Shown: piece by piece, positions 1-9,811 of the stretch | How the letters are laid out: every line of letters begins with the position of its first letter | Numbering within the stretch: the stretch's first letter is position 1 | The notes under the pieces: generated by a model | The model's database searches: none | What the model was told of the DNA's origin: nothing | Seen by the model: the letters and a program-made list of their open reading frames with translations, nothing else | Assembly (NCBI GenBank): GCA_016285515.1 | Contig: JAEEQW010000003.1 | Coordinates: 122,316 to 186,315, forward strand | Direction: 5' to 3' | Source of the DNA: Bacteroidales bacterium | GTDB taxonomy: Bacteria; Bacteroidota; Bacteroidia; Bacteroidales; BM520 | DNA: 64,000 bases | Made by a program: the position numbers and the translations under genes

Positions 1-371
1 GCTAATGCCCCTGTGGTGTATGTCGGGTCAATATCCATGACCATCAGGGAAAGTCCATAGATAGGTGAGTATGTAACCTGAACTTGGAGCAACAGTTGCA
101 TGCCCGAGGCTATTTCGGTATGTGTGATTCTTTTGAATTTGGACGAAATGACGCTGTAAACATCTTTCCATATTATCCCACGCATCTGTGCATTGATTTT
201 GGAGCCTTCCTTTTCAACAAGTTCAGGATAACAATGCCCTGATGAGGCCGCACAGTTGAGTTTCACCAACTCTGCTTTCACCCAGTACAAAGTGTTCATA
301 TCAGTGGCTATCGTTCTCTGTATTAATGTGGTGAGTTCCTTGAGCGACAATATGTTTTTAATGTTAGACAT
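1..371 (-). CDS. xseA: Exodeoxyribonuclease VII large subunit, N-terminal part (gene continues past window start)
   Basis: Absent from the ORF track because it runs off the window. My reverse-strand translation from the ATG at 371 reads MSNIKNILSLKELTTLIQRTIATDMNTLYWVKAELVKLNCAASSGHCYPELVEKEG...MDIDPTYTTGAL, which matches the OB-fold N-terminus of Bacteroidales XseA. Confidence 0.8.
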   Translation of the reverse strand, partial: MSNIKNILSLKELTTLIQRTIATDMNTLYWVKAELVKLNCAASSGHCYPELVEKEGSKINAQMRGIIWKDVYSVISSKFKRITHTEIASGMQLLLQVQVTYSPIYGLSLMVMDIDPTYTTGAL

Positions 372-408
372 AATCAATATTTTGTATGCAAAGTTAATCA
401 AAAAATAT

Positions 409-416
409 TACTTTTG
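409..416 (+). promoter_or_regulatory. Bacteroidota -7 promoter box (TAnnTTTG) for cca
   Basis: TACTTTTG, 18 nt upstream of the ATG at 434. Confidence 0.55.
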
Positions 417-433
417 CATTCCAATTATAACTT

Positions 434-1936
434 ATGACACAGATAAATCTTCTTGAGATAAATAGCATTTTTAAAGTGCTTAAAGAGTCTGTTGAAGAAC
501 TTGACGTCCGGGCTTATGTAATTGGCGGATACGTGCGTGATTATTTCTTGCAGCGCCCTTCGAGTGACATTGATATTGTGTGTATTGGCAGCGGTATCCA
601 ACTGTCTGAAGTTTTCGCCTCAAAAGTCAACAGCGTCAGAACAGCCCATTACAGGCATTTCGGAACTGCAATGGTGCGTTGTAATTTTGAAGGTGTCGAA
701 TATCAGGTTGAATTTGTGGGAGCAAGAAAAGAGTCATACAACAGGAATTCCCGCAAACCAATTGTCGAAATTGGTACATTGGAAGAGGATCAGAGCCGCA
801 GAGACTTCACAATCAATGCATTGACCATATCCTTAAATGCCGACAACTTTGGTGAACTTATCGACCCTTTCAATGGTATTCATGACCTTAACGAAGGAAT
901 AATTAGAACACCTCTTGATCCTGATATCACTTATTCTGATGATCCGCTGCGAATGATGAGAGCCGTAAGATTTGCGACACAACTTGGATTTTCAATCGAA
1001 AATTCTTCGATGGAGGCAATATCACGGAATGTTGACCGTATCTCAATAGTGTCCAAAGAACGTATTGTGGATGAACTGAATAAGATAATACTTGCCCCAC
1101 GTCCTTCCACGGGCTTTCTGATGCTTGATGAGACTGGACTGCTCAGGTATATTCTCCCTGAAATGTTGAAACTCAAGGGAATAGACAATATTAACGGTAA
1201 AGCACATAAAGATGTTTTTTATCATACTCTGAAGGTTCTTGACAATGTCGCTGAAAAATCCGACAACCTTTGGCTAAGATGGGCTGCTATCTTGCATGAT
1301 ATTGCAAAGCCTGACACAAAAAGATTTGATGATGTCAACGGATGGTCGTTTCATGGTCATGAGGTGGTGGGCGCCCGCAAAGTTGCGCAGATTTTCCCAC
1401 GTCTTAAAATGCCGACAAACGAGAAGATGAAATATGTCCAGAAAATGGTTTCCCTCCATCTCCGTCCGCAGGTGCTTTCATCCGAATTCGTTACTGATTC
1501 CGCAGTCCGCCGACTCATTTTCGATGCAGGCGAAGATATTGATGATTTGATGCTCCTCTGCAATGCTGACATTACTTCAGCCAATGAACAGAAGATTAAA
1601 ATGTACAAAGAACATTTCAATCTCGTTGAACAGAAAATCAAGGAACTGGAGAAAAAGGATTTTGTGAGAACCTGGCAGCCGCCTATCAAGGGGGAACATA
1701 TTATGCGGACTTTCGGACTTGAACCTTGCAAGGATGTGGGAGTGATTAAAAATGCAGTCAAAGATGCTATTCTTGACGGCCAATGTGACAATTCATTTGA
1801 GGCCGCATTTCAGTATATGCTCGACATCGCCAAAACGAGAGGCCTGGAACCTGTCAGTTTCGATGTCTTGAATGATTATATATCCAATAAAGAAACAAAT
1901 AATGAAAACTTACACACTACGGATAGTCTGCAATGA
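434..1936 (+). CDS. cca: tRNA nucleotidyltransferase (CCA-adding / poly(A) polymerase family) with HD domain
   Basis: 500-aa ORF with head-domain motifs GGYVRD, DIDIV and RRDFTINAL, plus an HD region (LHDIAKP, HGHEVVG). Confidence 0.85.
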   Translation: MTQINLLEINSIFKVLKESVEELDVRAYVIGGYVRDYFLQRPSSDIDIVCIGSGIQLSEVFASKVNSVRTAHYRHFGTAMVRCNFEGVEYQVEFVGARKESYNRNSRKPIVEIGTLEEDQSRRDFTINALTISLNADNFGELIDPFNGIHDLNEGIIRTPLDPDITYSDDPLRMMRAVRFATQLGFSIENSSMEAISRNVDRISIVSKERIVDELNKIILAPRPSTGFLMLDETGLLRYILPEMLKLKGIDNINGKAHKDVFYHTLKVLDNVAEKSDNLWLRWAAILHDIAKPDTKRFDDVNGWSFHGHEVVGARKVAQIFPRLKMPTNEKMKYVQKMVSLHLRPQVLSSEFVTDSAVRRLIFDAGEDIDDLMLLCNADITSANEQKIKMYKEHFNLVEQKIKELEKKDFVRTWQPPIKGEHIMRTFGLEPCKDVGVIKNAVKDAILDGQCDNSFEAAFQYMLDIAKTRGLEPVSFDVLNDYISNKETNNENLHTTDSLQ

Positions 1937-2513
1937 GGTCGAGGAGTTTTTGAGAGATGTCGAAATTCTTGGAAGCCAGACGTTTCTTGAGCTCCATTCA
2001 TTTCTTGTTGATGTTTGTGGCTTCCGTGACAATGAACTTGCCTCCTTCTATTTGAGCAATGAATTATGGATTAAGGGAGAGGAAATATCTTTGATTGACA
2101 TGATGATAGATGAAGATGACATCGAAGAACTGCAACGTGAAAATGATGAATTATTAATGGTGATGCCTACCAGAACTATGGGAGACACCAAAATTGAAGA
2201 TGTGATTACTCATACCGGTCAAAGAATGGTTTATGAATATGACTTCATGAATCCTATAACATTGTTTATTGAATGCATGGAGATTGCCGATAAAAACGAT
2301 GATGACCTGCCGTGTTGTCTGCAAAGCGAAGGCGACCTCGAGGATTTTATTGAGGCCAAACGCGCTCAGAAGATGGAAATTGATTTCGATGATATCGATG
2401 AAGATAAAGTTGATGATTTTGGCGACGATGATTATTATGACGGAAATTCCGATGATGATTTTGACGACGGCTACAATGATATAACTGATGTCGATACCGA
2501 TTACAACTACTAA
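1902..2513 (+). CDS. Hypothetical protein with a poly-acidic C-terminal tail (possibly pRiA4b ORF-3-like domain)
   Basis: The ORF track gives 1872..2513; I prefer the ATG at 1902 (MKTYTLRIVCNEV). The N-terminal pattern Y.L+I...F.ELH.FL....GF...L..F resembles PF07929-type proteins, but this is tentative. The last ~45 aa are almost entirely D/E/Y. Confidence 0.6.
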   Translation: MKTYTLRIVCNEVEEFLRDVEILGSQTFLELHSFLVDVCGFRDNELASFYLSNELWIKGEEISLIDMMIDEDDIEELQRENDELLMVMPTRTMGDTKIEDVITHTGQRMVYEYDFMNPITLFIECMEIADKNDDDLPCCLQSEGDLEDFIEAKRAQKMEIDFDDIDEDKVDDFGDDDYYDGNSDDDFDDGYNDITDVDTDYNY

Positions 2514-3405
2514 AAATAAAAATCTCATCGTTATTGCTGGTCCGACTGCATCCGGAAAAACCTCTCTTGCGATACGACTTGCACAATCTCTTAACACTGA
2601 AATAGTTTCAGCCGATTCACGTCAGTTCTATAGGGAACTCAACATTGGAACTGCCAAACCTACACCTCAAGAACTTGCCGCAGCGAGACATCATTTTATC
2701 GGACACCTTTCCGTTAACGAAAGATATGATGTGTCACGCTATGAAACCGATGCCATTGCCTTGCTTGACAGACTTTTTCAAACTCACGACAATGTGATAT
2801 TGTGCGGTGGCTCCGGACTCTATATTGATGCCGTAACCAAGGGTATTGATGCTCTTCCTGACCCGGACCCTGAAATCAGAATTTCGCTAAAAAAACTGCT
2901 TGAAACCAAAGGTATTGCTGCGTTACAGGAGGAATTGAAAAGAGTTGACCCCGAATATTATGAAATCGTGGATTTGTCAAATCCTATAAGACTTATTCGT
3001 GCGATAGAGGTATATTACACAGAGGGAAAGAAGTTTTCATCTCTTAGAAACGGTATTGATAAGGAACGCAATTTCAACATTGACAAATACTGCATTTCAA
3101 TTCCGCGTGAACAACTTGTGGAAAAAATAAACCTGCGAGTTGATGAAATGATGAAACAAGGTCTGCTCGAGGAAGTGAAATCTTTGGTTCCACTGAGACA
3201 TCTGACCGCTCTTAATACAGTCGGCTACAAGGAACTGTTTGAATACCTTGACGGAAATTGCACTTTGGATTTTGCTGTGGAAAAAATAAAAACCGATACT
3301 CGGAGATATGCAAAACGCCAGGTCACTTGGTTCAGACGTGACAATGAATATCAATGGCTTTCTTCAGAAGAAATTTTTTTATTACTTTTGCAAAAATATT
3401 ATTAA
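2488..3405 (+). CDS. miaA: tRNA dimethylallyltransferase
   Basis: 305 aa with P-loop IVIAGPTASGKT and a full-length MiaA pattern. The start lies 26 nt inside the upstream acidic-tail ORF. Confidence 0.9.
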   Translation: MSIPITTTKNKNLIVIAGPTASGKTSLAIRLAQSLNTEIVSADSRQFYRELNIGTAKPTPQELAAARHHFIGHLSVNERYDVSRYETDAIALLDRLFQTHDNVILCGGSGLYIDAVTKGIDALPDPDPEIRISLKKLLETKGIAALQEELKRVDPEYYEIVDLSNPIRLIRAIEVYYTEGKKFSSLRNGIDKERNFNIDKYCISIPREQLVEKINLRVDEMMKQGLLEEVKSLVPLRHLTALNTVGYKELFEYLDGNCTLDFAVEKIKTDTRRYAKRQVTWFRRDNEYQWLSSEEIFLLLLQKYY

Positions 3406-3411
3406 ATTAGT

Positions 3412-4791
3412 GTGCAGAAGATATTATTAGTATCGGCTAACAATTTTTCCAATCCATATCCGGTATATCCAATTGGACTTTCCTATCTGTGGACATACCA
3501 AAAGAAGAACCTTAAGAATTATGAGTTTGATTTTTTCGATTTCAACCTGAACTCATTTGATGATTTTGATAATATTCTTAAATCAAACCATTATAGATAT
3601 ATAGAACTGTCACTCCGAAACATAGATGATGTAAATATCTATTCAAGGAATACTTTTATCACACATTATAAGAAAATTACGTCTTATATAAGAAAATATT
3701 CCCAAGCTGTTCTTCTTGTGGGAGGTTCGGGATTTTCTATTTTCCCGGAACTGTTGCTGAAAGAACTTGAGGCCGATTACGGTATCAAAGGGGAAGGCGA
3801 AGAGAGTAACATACAATTAATCAATGCCTTGGATAATGGTGGGAAAGTGTCTGATATTGAGGGACTTGTGTATAGAAATGATGATGGTGATATTATTGTC
3901 AATGGCAGGGCTCATTTTGTCAGAAGTATTGATGTCCAATTTGATGAGCAACTGACGGAATTCTATTGGCCCAAATCGGGTATGCTCAACATACAGACGA
4001 AACGCGGCTGTCCGAAAAGGTGTATTTATTGCAGTTATCCTGTCATTGAGGGAAGAGTCGTCAGAACTCTTGACCCATACAAGGTTGTAGAGAATATTGT
4101 CGAATTAAACAGAAAAAAAGAAATAACATATCTTTTCTTCACTGATTCCATATTCAACATCAACAGGGAGTACAATTACAAACTTTGCAATCTCATAATT
4201 GACAGTGGCGTCAAGATTAACTGGGGTGCTTATTTTTCACCGTCAAACCTCACATACGAAGATCTTAAGCTGTATCAGAAGGCGGGACTTACCCATATAG
4301 AATTTGGCACGGAGTCGTTTTCTGATTCGCAACTTGTTAATTATCAGAAAGATTTTAAATTTGAGGACATATTGAGAACAAGCATATACTGTAATGACCT
4401 TGGGATTTTCTTCGCTCATTTTTTAATCTTGTGCGGTTATGGTGAAACTGAAGATTCGCTTGCGGAGACATTTGAAAACAGCAAAAAGATTGAAAATTCA
4501 GTTTTTTTCCCTTATATAGGGATGAGAATTTATCCGGATACAGATTTGTGTGATGTTGCATTGAAGGAAGGAATAATCAAAGACAAGTCGGAGCTAATAA
4601 ACCCGATATATTACATTTCCAAAGATGTTGATATTTCGCATCTGAAGGAGGATGCTGCAAAAACAGGTATGACATGGGTTTTTCCTGACACTCCTGAAAG
4701 TCCTGTTGTCGTAGTACTGCGCAAGCGCAAAGTCCGCGGTCCGATGTGGGAATATTATCGGTATTATGCGAACAGTGGAGAGTATTTATGA
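3412..4791 (+). CDS. B12-binding-domain radical SAM protein, substrate unknown
   Basis: 459 aa with a GTG start per the ORF track. It has an N-terminal Rossmann-like B12-binding region and the radical SAM motif CPKRCIYCSYP (CxxxCxxC). Confidence 0.8.
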   Translation: MQKILLVSANNFSNPYPVYPIGLSYLWTYQKKNLKNYEFDFFDFNLNSFDDFDNILKSNHYRYIELSLRNIDDVNIYSRNTFITHYKKITSYIRKYSQAVLLVGGSGFSIFPELLLKELEADYGIKGEGEESNIQLINALDNGGKVSDIEGLVYRNDDGDIIVNGRAHFVRSIDVQFDEQLTEFYWPKSGMLNIQTKRGCPKRCIYCSYPVIEGRVVRTLDPYKVVENIVELNRKKEITYLFFTDSIFNINREYNYKLCNLIIDSGVKINWGAYFSPSNLTYEDLKLYQKAGLTHIEFGTESFSDSQLVNYQKDFKFEDILRTSIYCNDLGIFFAHFLILCGYGETEDSLAETFENSKKIENSVFFPYIGMRIYPDTDLCDVALKEGIIKDKSELINPIYYISKDVDISHLKEDAAKTGMTWVFPDTPESPVVVVLRKRKVRGPMWEYYRYYANSGEYL

Positions 4792-4821
4792 GACTTTACA
4801 AAGTTAAAGTGCCAATCGGCG

Positions 4822-5475
4822 TCAGTTATCAAAGACATATTGGATTATATTGGCACCCATACGCAGAGCTTTCTGATGATTCTCCTCGGAGTCATGATGA
4901 ACTGCGGTAGCTTCCCAGCCGTCACCCAAATCACATTCATAAGTGAAAAGACACACCAAACGTCCTTCATAATAAATGCCGAATGCTTGCGGCGGCTTAT
5001 TGTCGTGCTCATGTATCTTGGGCAATCCTGCCTTGAACTCATATTTCTGATGAAAGATGGGATGTGAGAATGGAAGTTCCACAAAATCAGTCTCCGGAAA
5101 TACCTTTTTTATCTCTCTGAAAACATACGGCTTAATGCCATAGTTGTCGTCAATATGAAGAAATCCTCCGGAAATCATGTATTGGCGCAAGTTCCTGACG
5201 TCACTGTCTGAAAATAGGATGTTGCCGTGACCGGTGATATGCACAAAAGGATAATTGAATATGTCTGCACTGCCAACTTCAACAGTTGCGGGTACTGGGT
5301 CAATGGTTGTACCGATGTTCTGATTGCAGAATTCGATTAGATTGGGCAATGATGTCGGATTTGCATACCAATCACCGCCACCGGAATATTTGCACAGCGC
5401 TATTTTGACGGTTGACTGTGCGTAGATGGTCATAGAGCTGGAAATCAGTAATATAACGATTATAAATCTTTTCAT
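4822..5475 (-). CDS. DUF4159-like secreted protein
   Basis: Signal peptide MKRFIIVILLISSSMTIYAQ and the motif KYSGGGDWYANPTSLPNL typical of DUF4159. The start overlaps the rsmE stop by 1 nt (TAATG). Confidence 0.7.
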   Translation of the reverse strand: MKRFIIVILLISSSMTIYAQSTVKIALCKYSGGGDWYANPTSLPNLIEFCNQNIGTTIDPVPATVEVGSADIFNYPFVHITGHGNILFSDSDVRNLRQYMISGGFLHIDDNYGIKPYVFREIKKVFPETDFVELPFSHPIFHQKYEFKAGLPKIHEHDNKPPQAFGIYYEGRLVCLFTYECDLGDGWEATAVHHDSEENHQKALRMGANIIQYVFDN

Positions 5476-6179
5476 TATTCAGTTTTAAAATTTTTGACGG
5501 CCACCATGTTGCAGGCCACAATGGCTGCCGTTTCCACTCTGAGAATGGTGTTGCCGAGTGACACGCCTTTGTAGCCGTTTTCAAAAGCCAGATTCAATTC
5601 CTCTTTTGAGAAATCTCCCTCAGGTCCTATGAGCATTGTATTGCTGCCATCTGTGATTTTGTTGAAATAATAGTCTTTGCTTGTGCTTTCACAATATCCT
5701 ATACATTTGTTGCCTTCTATGGGCCGTTTAATGAATTCCTTGAATGGGGTCAGCGGATTAATCTTGGGCAGATACAGGTTTTTAGACTGTTTCATGGCTG
5801 AGACTGCAATGTTAGCCAGCCGTTCCTCTTTGATGATTTTTCTCTCGGAATGTTCACATAAAATAGGGGTGAGCTCGTCAATTCCTATTTCCATGCATTT
5901 TTCCACAAGCCATTCATAGCGTTCCATCATTTTTGTCGGAGCCACTGCAAGGTGAAGGTAGTAATTGCGTCCGGATTCTCTGACGCTGCTGAACTTTGAA
6001 TTTACAATACACTGCCTCCCGCCTTCAACTATTTCGACGTCATACAGTTTACCGTGACCGTCAGTTATGAGTATCGAATCTCCTGGCACTTTACGAAGAA
6101 CCTTGAGAATATGTTTTGACTCTTCAACTGGCAGGGCAACTATGCCTTCAGTAATATCTTTGTAATAAAAAACTTCCAT
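5475..6179 (-). CDS. rsmE: 16S rRNA (uracil1498-N3)-methyltransferase
   Basis: RsmE pattern with a C-terminal LIGPEGDFSKEE motif. I moved the start to the ATG at 6179 because a -7 box sits at 6198..6205, inside the longer track ORF. Confidence 0.85.
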   Translation of the reverse strand: MEVFYYKDITEGIVALPVEESKHILKVLRKVPGDSILITDGHGKLYDVEIVEGGRQCIVNSKFSSVRESGRNYYLHLAVAPTKMMERYEWLVEKCMEIGIDELTPILCEHSERKIIKEERLANIAVSAMKQSKNLYLPKINPLTPFKEFIKRPIEGNKCIGYCESTSKDYYFNKITDGSNTMLIGPEGDFSKEELNLAFENGYKGVSLGNTILRVETAAIVACNMVAVKNFKTE

Positions 6180-6197
6180 GTTTTGAATTTCAATTCG

Positions 6198-6205
6198 CAA
6201 AAGTA
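6198..6205 (-). promoter_or_regulatory. -7 promoter box for rsmE
   Basis: The reverse strand reads TACTTTTG, 19 nt upstream of the ATG at 6179. Confidence 0.5.
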
Positions 6206-6218
6206 ATAGTTTATTTAT

Positions 6219-6226
6219 TATTTTTG
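6219..6226 (+). promoter_or_regulatory. -7 promoter box for the recQ-like gene
   Basis: TATTTTTG, 34 nt upstream of the ATG at 6260. It is divergent from the rsmE promoter. Confidence 0.5.
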
Positions 6227-6259
6227 CTTCGAGTTATACCATTTATTTTCCAAAAAACG

Positions 6260-8182
6260 ATGCATCAGCATACTGATATAAAACAGGTACTTAGGAATTT
6301 CTGGGGATATGATTCCTTCAGGTCACTCCAGGAAGATGTTATCAGTTCTATCCTTGAAGACAGGGATACTCTTGCATTGCTGCCTACCGGTGGAGGAAAA
6401 TCCATCTGTTTTCAGGTCCCTGCTCTCGCTTGTGATGGATTGTGTCTTGTAATCTCGCCGCTTATTGCGTTGATGAAGGACCAGGTGGCTGCTTTGAAAT
6501 CAAGGGGAATCAAGGCTGATCTTCTGTTTTCCGGACAGACGTTTTATGAGCAGACCTGTGTTATCGACAATGTCATATATAACGAAACAAAGTTCCTGTA
6601 TGTGTCTCCTGAAAGACTTAAAACTGATTTGTTTCAGATTAATATCGAAAAATTAGGTATAAGCCTGATTGCCGTTGATGAAGCACACTGCATATCCCAA
6701 TGGGGCTATGATTTCCGTCCGGCCTATCTTGATATTGCTGAAATCCGCCAGTATCTGCCGAATGTCCCAATTCTTGCACTGACTGCAACTGCAACACCAA
6801 AGGTCGTTAATGACATTCAGGATAAGCTGAAATTCAAATCACACAATGTCCTTAAAACATCCTTTGAACGGCAGAATTTGTCGTATCTTGTCTATAAGGA
6901 GGAAAATAAATTGGGTCGTTTGCTGAGAATAGCAAACAACGTAAACGGTTCCGGAATAGTCTATATGCGAAATAGAAAAGGCACTGTTGAAATTTCCAAA
7001 TTTCTGAATGACAATAACATATCAGCCGATTACTATCATGCAGGACTTGATGACAAAAGCCGTGACCGCAAACAAAATGACTGGAAAAGCAACAAAACCC
7101 GCATTATAGTGGCGACAAATGCCTTTGGAATGGGTATTGACAAGCCTGATGTACGGTTCGTGGTTCATCTTGACATTCCTGATAACATAGAGTCATACTT
7201 TCAGGAAGTGGGGCGTGCCGGAAGGGACAAACTACCGGCTTTCGGAATCCTTCTGTTCAATGACAATGACCTTGATAACCTTCGGAATCGTTTTGAGGAT
7301 TCATATCCTGATATAAAGACGATTCAGTTAATCTATGGCTCGCTGGGGAATTATTATAAACTGCCCGTTGGAGCAGGTGAGAATATGACTTTTGATTTTG
7401 ATATCTTTGATTTCTGCAAAAAATATGACTTTAAGCCGATAATTGTTCATAACGCATTGAAAGTCATTGAAAATCAAGGTGCAATAGCATTGTCGGATGC
7501 ATTTCAGAATCCATCAAGACTTATTGTCAAGGTTGGGCGTGACACTTTGTACGATTATCAGTTGCGTCATCCTGAATTGGATGATTTTATCCAGACTCTG
7601 CTTCGCATTTATGGTGGGATTTTCAGCGAATATGGTAAAATCGAAGAGACTCTGATAGCATCGCGACTTGGTGTGGATGTAAAGCAAGTTGTTGATATTC
7701 TGCAGTTTCTGACAAAACAGGATTTAGTCGATTACATTCCTTACAGCGATTCGCCCAAGATTACTTTTACACATGCTGTGAGCAATAAAAAGTACATGTT
7801 TTCAGATGAATCATTTTACAAACAACGTAAAAAGATAGCGCACGAATACCTTGATTATATTACAGCCTACGTGACGAATACCTCCAAGTGCCGAAGCAGC
7901 ATGTTGTTGCAGTATTTTGGCGAGGATAACAACAATAAACGTTGCGGAATATGTGACTATTGTCGTAAAAGAAGACGTGATATCAAAAATTCCCCTACGA
8001 GTGAGGAAGTTATCAATACTATCTGTGAAAAATTGAGGTCACACGATGCAACATCAGATGAACTCTGTGCGTTATTTCCTGATATTGAGCCACATAGTAT
8101 GATTGATATAATCAGGTGGCTAATTGATTATGGTATTGTCAGGGGAAACAGTGACGGCTCCTATCATCTTGTTGCCTCTTAG
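6260..8182 (+). CDS. recQ: RecQ-family ATP-dependent DNA helicase
   Basis: Motifs TGGGKS, DEAHCISQWGYDFRP and LTATATP, with a Zn-binding region CRSSMLLQYFGE...CGICDYC. The start is set at 6260, downstream of the -7 box. Confidence 0.85.
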   Translation: MHQHTDIKQVLRNFWGYDSFRSLQEDVISSILEDRDTLALLPTGGGKSICFQVPALACDGLCLVISPLIALMKDQVAALKSRGIKADLLFSGQTFYEQTCVIDNVIYNETKFLYVSPERLKTDLFQINIEKLGISLIAVDEAHCISQWGYDFRPAYLDIAEIRQYLPNVPILALTATATPKVVNDIQDKLKFKSHNVLKTSFERQNLSYLVYKEENKLGRLLRIANNVNGSGIVYMRNRKGTVEISKFLNDNNISADYYHAGLDDKSRDRKQNDWKSNKTRIIVATNAFGMGIDKPDVRFVVHLDIPDNIESYFQEVGRAGRDKLPAFGILLFNDNDLDNLRNRFEDSYPDIKTIQLIYGSLGNYYKLPVGAGENMTFDFDIFDFCKKYDFKPIIVHNALKVIENQGAIALSDAFQNPSRLIVKVGRDTLYDYQLRHPELDDFIQTLLRIYGGIFSEYGKIEETLIASRLGVDVKQVVDILQFLTKQDLVDYIPYSDSPKITFTHAVSNKKYMFSDESFYKQRKKIAHEYLDYITAYVTNTSKCRSSMLLQYFGEDNNNKRCGICDYCRKRRRDIKNSPTSEEVINTICEKLRSHDATSDELCALFPDIEPHSMIDIIRWLIDYGIVRGNSDGSYHLVAS

Positions 8183-9109
8183 AAAACTTTCTATATCCAT
8201 CCTTTTCTTTCCTGCGAGCTGTAAGTCTTTCAAGAAAATAATCCCGTCTTGTGTGCTGATACCAAGATATTTTACATTATCGGTGATGACGGTGCCCGGA
8301 GTTTTGAGTTTGGTCTCATCTTCAATTAACTGATATTCGGTTTTGAAGATTTTGATTGACATCATGCGTCCGTCAGTTGATTTCAGGACAGTAAATGCGC
8401 AGGGGGTGGGGGAGAGACCTCGTATTTTATTGAATATATTTATGGAAGTATTGTTCCAATTGATTTGGCAGAATTCTTTGGTTATTTTGGGTGCACCGTG
8501 AATTACTGTGCCTTCGGGAATAAGTTCTGATTGGATGATTGGCTGGTAATCACCTGAGATGAGTTTGTCTATGGTTTTTACGGCGAGGGCGGCACCTGTG
8601 ACCATCATTTTGTCGTGCAGGTCTTCGAGAGTGTCTGTCGGATTGATTTCTACTGACTGTTGGCAAATTATGTTTCCCGTATCAATATTGTCATCAAGCA
8701 GAAAAGTGGTTATTCCCGTTTGGGTCTCACCATTGATGATAGCATGATTCATCGGGGCTGCCCCCCGGTATTGTGGGAGGAGAGAGGCATGCACGTTGAA
8801 GGAGCCGTATTTGGGTATGCTCCAGATGCTTTTGGGAAGTTTGCGGAATGCCACCACAACAATAATATCAGGGTTCAGAGTCTGTATGATGCTTACGAAG
8901 CCGGGATCATTAAGTTTCTCGGGTTGGAACACTGGCAGTCCGTTTTCCTTGGCATATAAACAAACAGAGGACGAGAGCATTTTCAACCCTCGTCCTGCTG
9001 GTTTATCTGGTACGGTAACAACCGCAATTATTTCATGTCCGGCTTCGATTATTTTTTTCAGTGATTCCACAGCGAACTGCGGAGTACCCATAAAAACCAC
9101 CTTGGCCAT
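8120..9109 (-). CDS. fmt: Methionyl-tRNA formyltransferase
   Basis: 329 aa with the motif NVHASLLPQYRGAAPMNHAI and N- plus C-terminal formyltransferase domains. Confidence 0.9.
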   Translation of the reverse strand: MAKVVFMGTPQFAVESLKKIIEAGHEIIAVVTVPDKPAGRGLKMLSSSVCLYAKENGLPVFQPEKLNDPGFVSIIQTLNPDIIVVVAFRKLPKSIWSIPKYGSFNVHASLLPQYRGAAPMNHAIINGETQTGITTFLLDDNIDTGNIICQQSVEINPTDTLEDLHDKMMVTGAALAVKTIDKLISGDYQPIIQSELIPEGTVIHGAPKITKEFCQINWNNTSINIFNKIRGLSPTPCAFTVLKSTDGRMMSIKIFKTEYQLIEDETKLKTPGTVITDNVKYLGISTQDGIIFLKDLQLAGKKRMDIESFLRGNKMIGAVTVSPDNTIIN

Positions 9110-9115
9110 TTAAGA

Positions 9116-9811
9116 TTATTTTATTTCCTGGAGTCTTCCAATGGCTTTCTTTGCATCAATCTGTGTTGTTGATGAAGGATATTTGTCAACGATTTCCTGA
9201 TATGTTGCAAGTGCGCTCTTGTTATCACCGGCAAGTTCGTAGGTGATTGCGAGTTTCTTAAGGAATTCTGGAGTTGTCAGGTCGTTCTCATGGATGTTTG
9301 CAGCGCGTTTGTAGCAGCTGATAGCTGAAGAGTAGTCTTTAAGTTCTACGTAAGCGTCACCCATGGCTGATTTTGACATTGCATATACGAAATAGTCGTT
9401 TGATTTGAACTTCTTGAGATTGTCAATAGCTTTCTGATATTCACCAAGATGAAGGTTGCAGATGCCCATGTAATAGCGTGCCATCTTTCCTGTCTTTGTT
9501 ATTTTGTATTCATCAGCTATCTGTTCAAAACCGAGATATGTTACGTCATCACCGCTTAAAGCCTTTTCATAGTCACCGTTGTTGAATAACTTTTGCGCCT
9601 TATAGATTTCAACTTGTGCCTTGTTTTCCTTTGGTTGGATGTATAATTTCTGAATTGCAAAAATTGCCAACACAATGATGATTATTACGGCAAGAATGAT
9701 AGAAATAGTTTTCTTGTTGTCTTCAAAAAATTGCTCAGCCTTTGATAATGAGCCTTCAATTTGACCGAAATTCTCTTCGGTTTGTTTACGATTGTTATTG
9801 CTATTTGCCAT
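9116..9811 (-). CDS. Membrane-anchored tetratricopeptide-repeat protein
   Basis: 231 aa with one N-terminal TM helix (ISIILAVIIIIVLAIFAI) followed by TPR-like repeats. Confidence 0.7.
   Translation of the reverse strand: MANSNNNRKQTEENFGQIEGSLSKAEQFFEDNKKTISIILAVIIIIVLAIFAIQKLYIQPKENKAQVEIYKAQKLFNNGDYEKALSGDDVTYLGFEQIADEYKITKTGKMARYYMGICNLHLGEYQKAIDNLKKFKSNDYFVYAMSKSAMGDAYVELKDYSSAISCYKRAANIHENDLTTPEFLKKLAITYELAGDNKSALATYQEIVDKYPSSTTQIDAKKAIGRLQEIK

Noticed and set aside
256-456. 66-aa plus-strand ORF.
   Set aside because: It overlaps the xseA N-terminal coding region (minus strand) and the cca promoter. Its product is hydrophobic, AT-rich-codon noise.
6260-8182. The RecQ-family helicase, considered as a possible defence-system component.
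   Set aside because: It has the standard RecQ core plus Zn-binding domain and sits among housekeeping genes (rsmE, fmt). No nuclease, methylase or other defence partner is adjacent.
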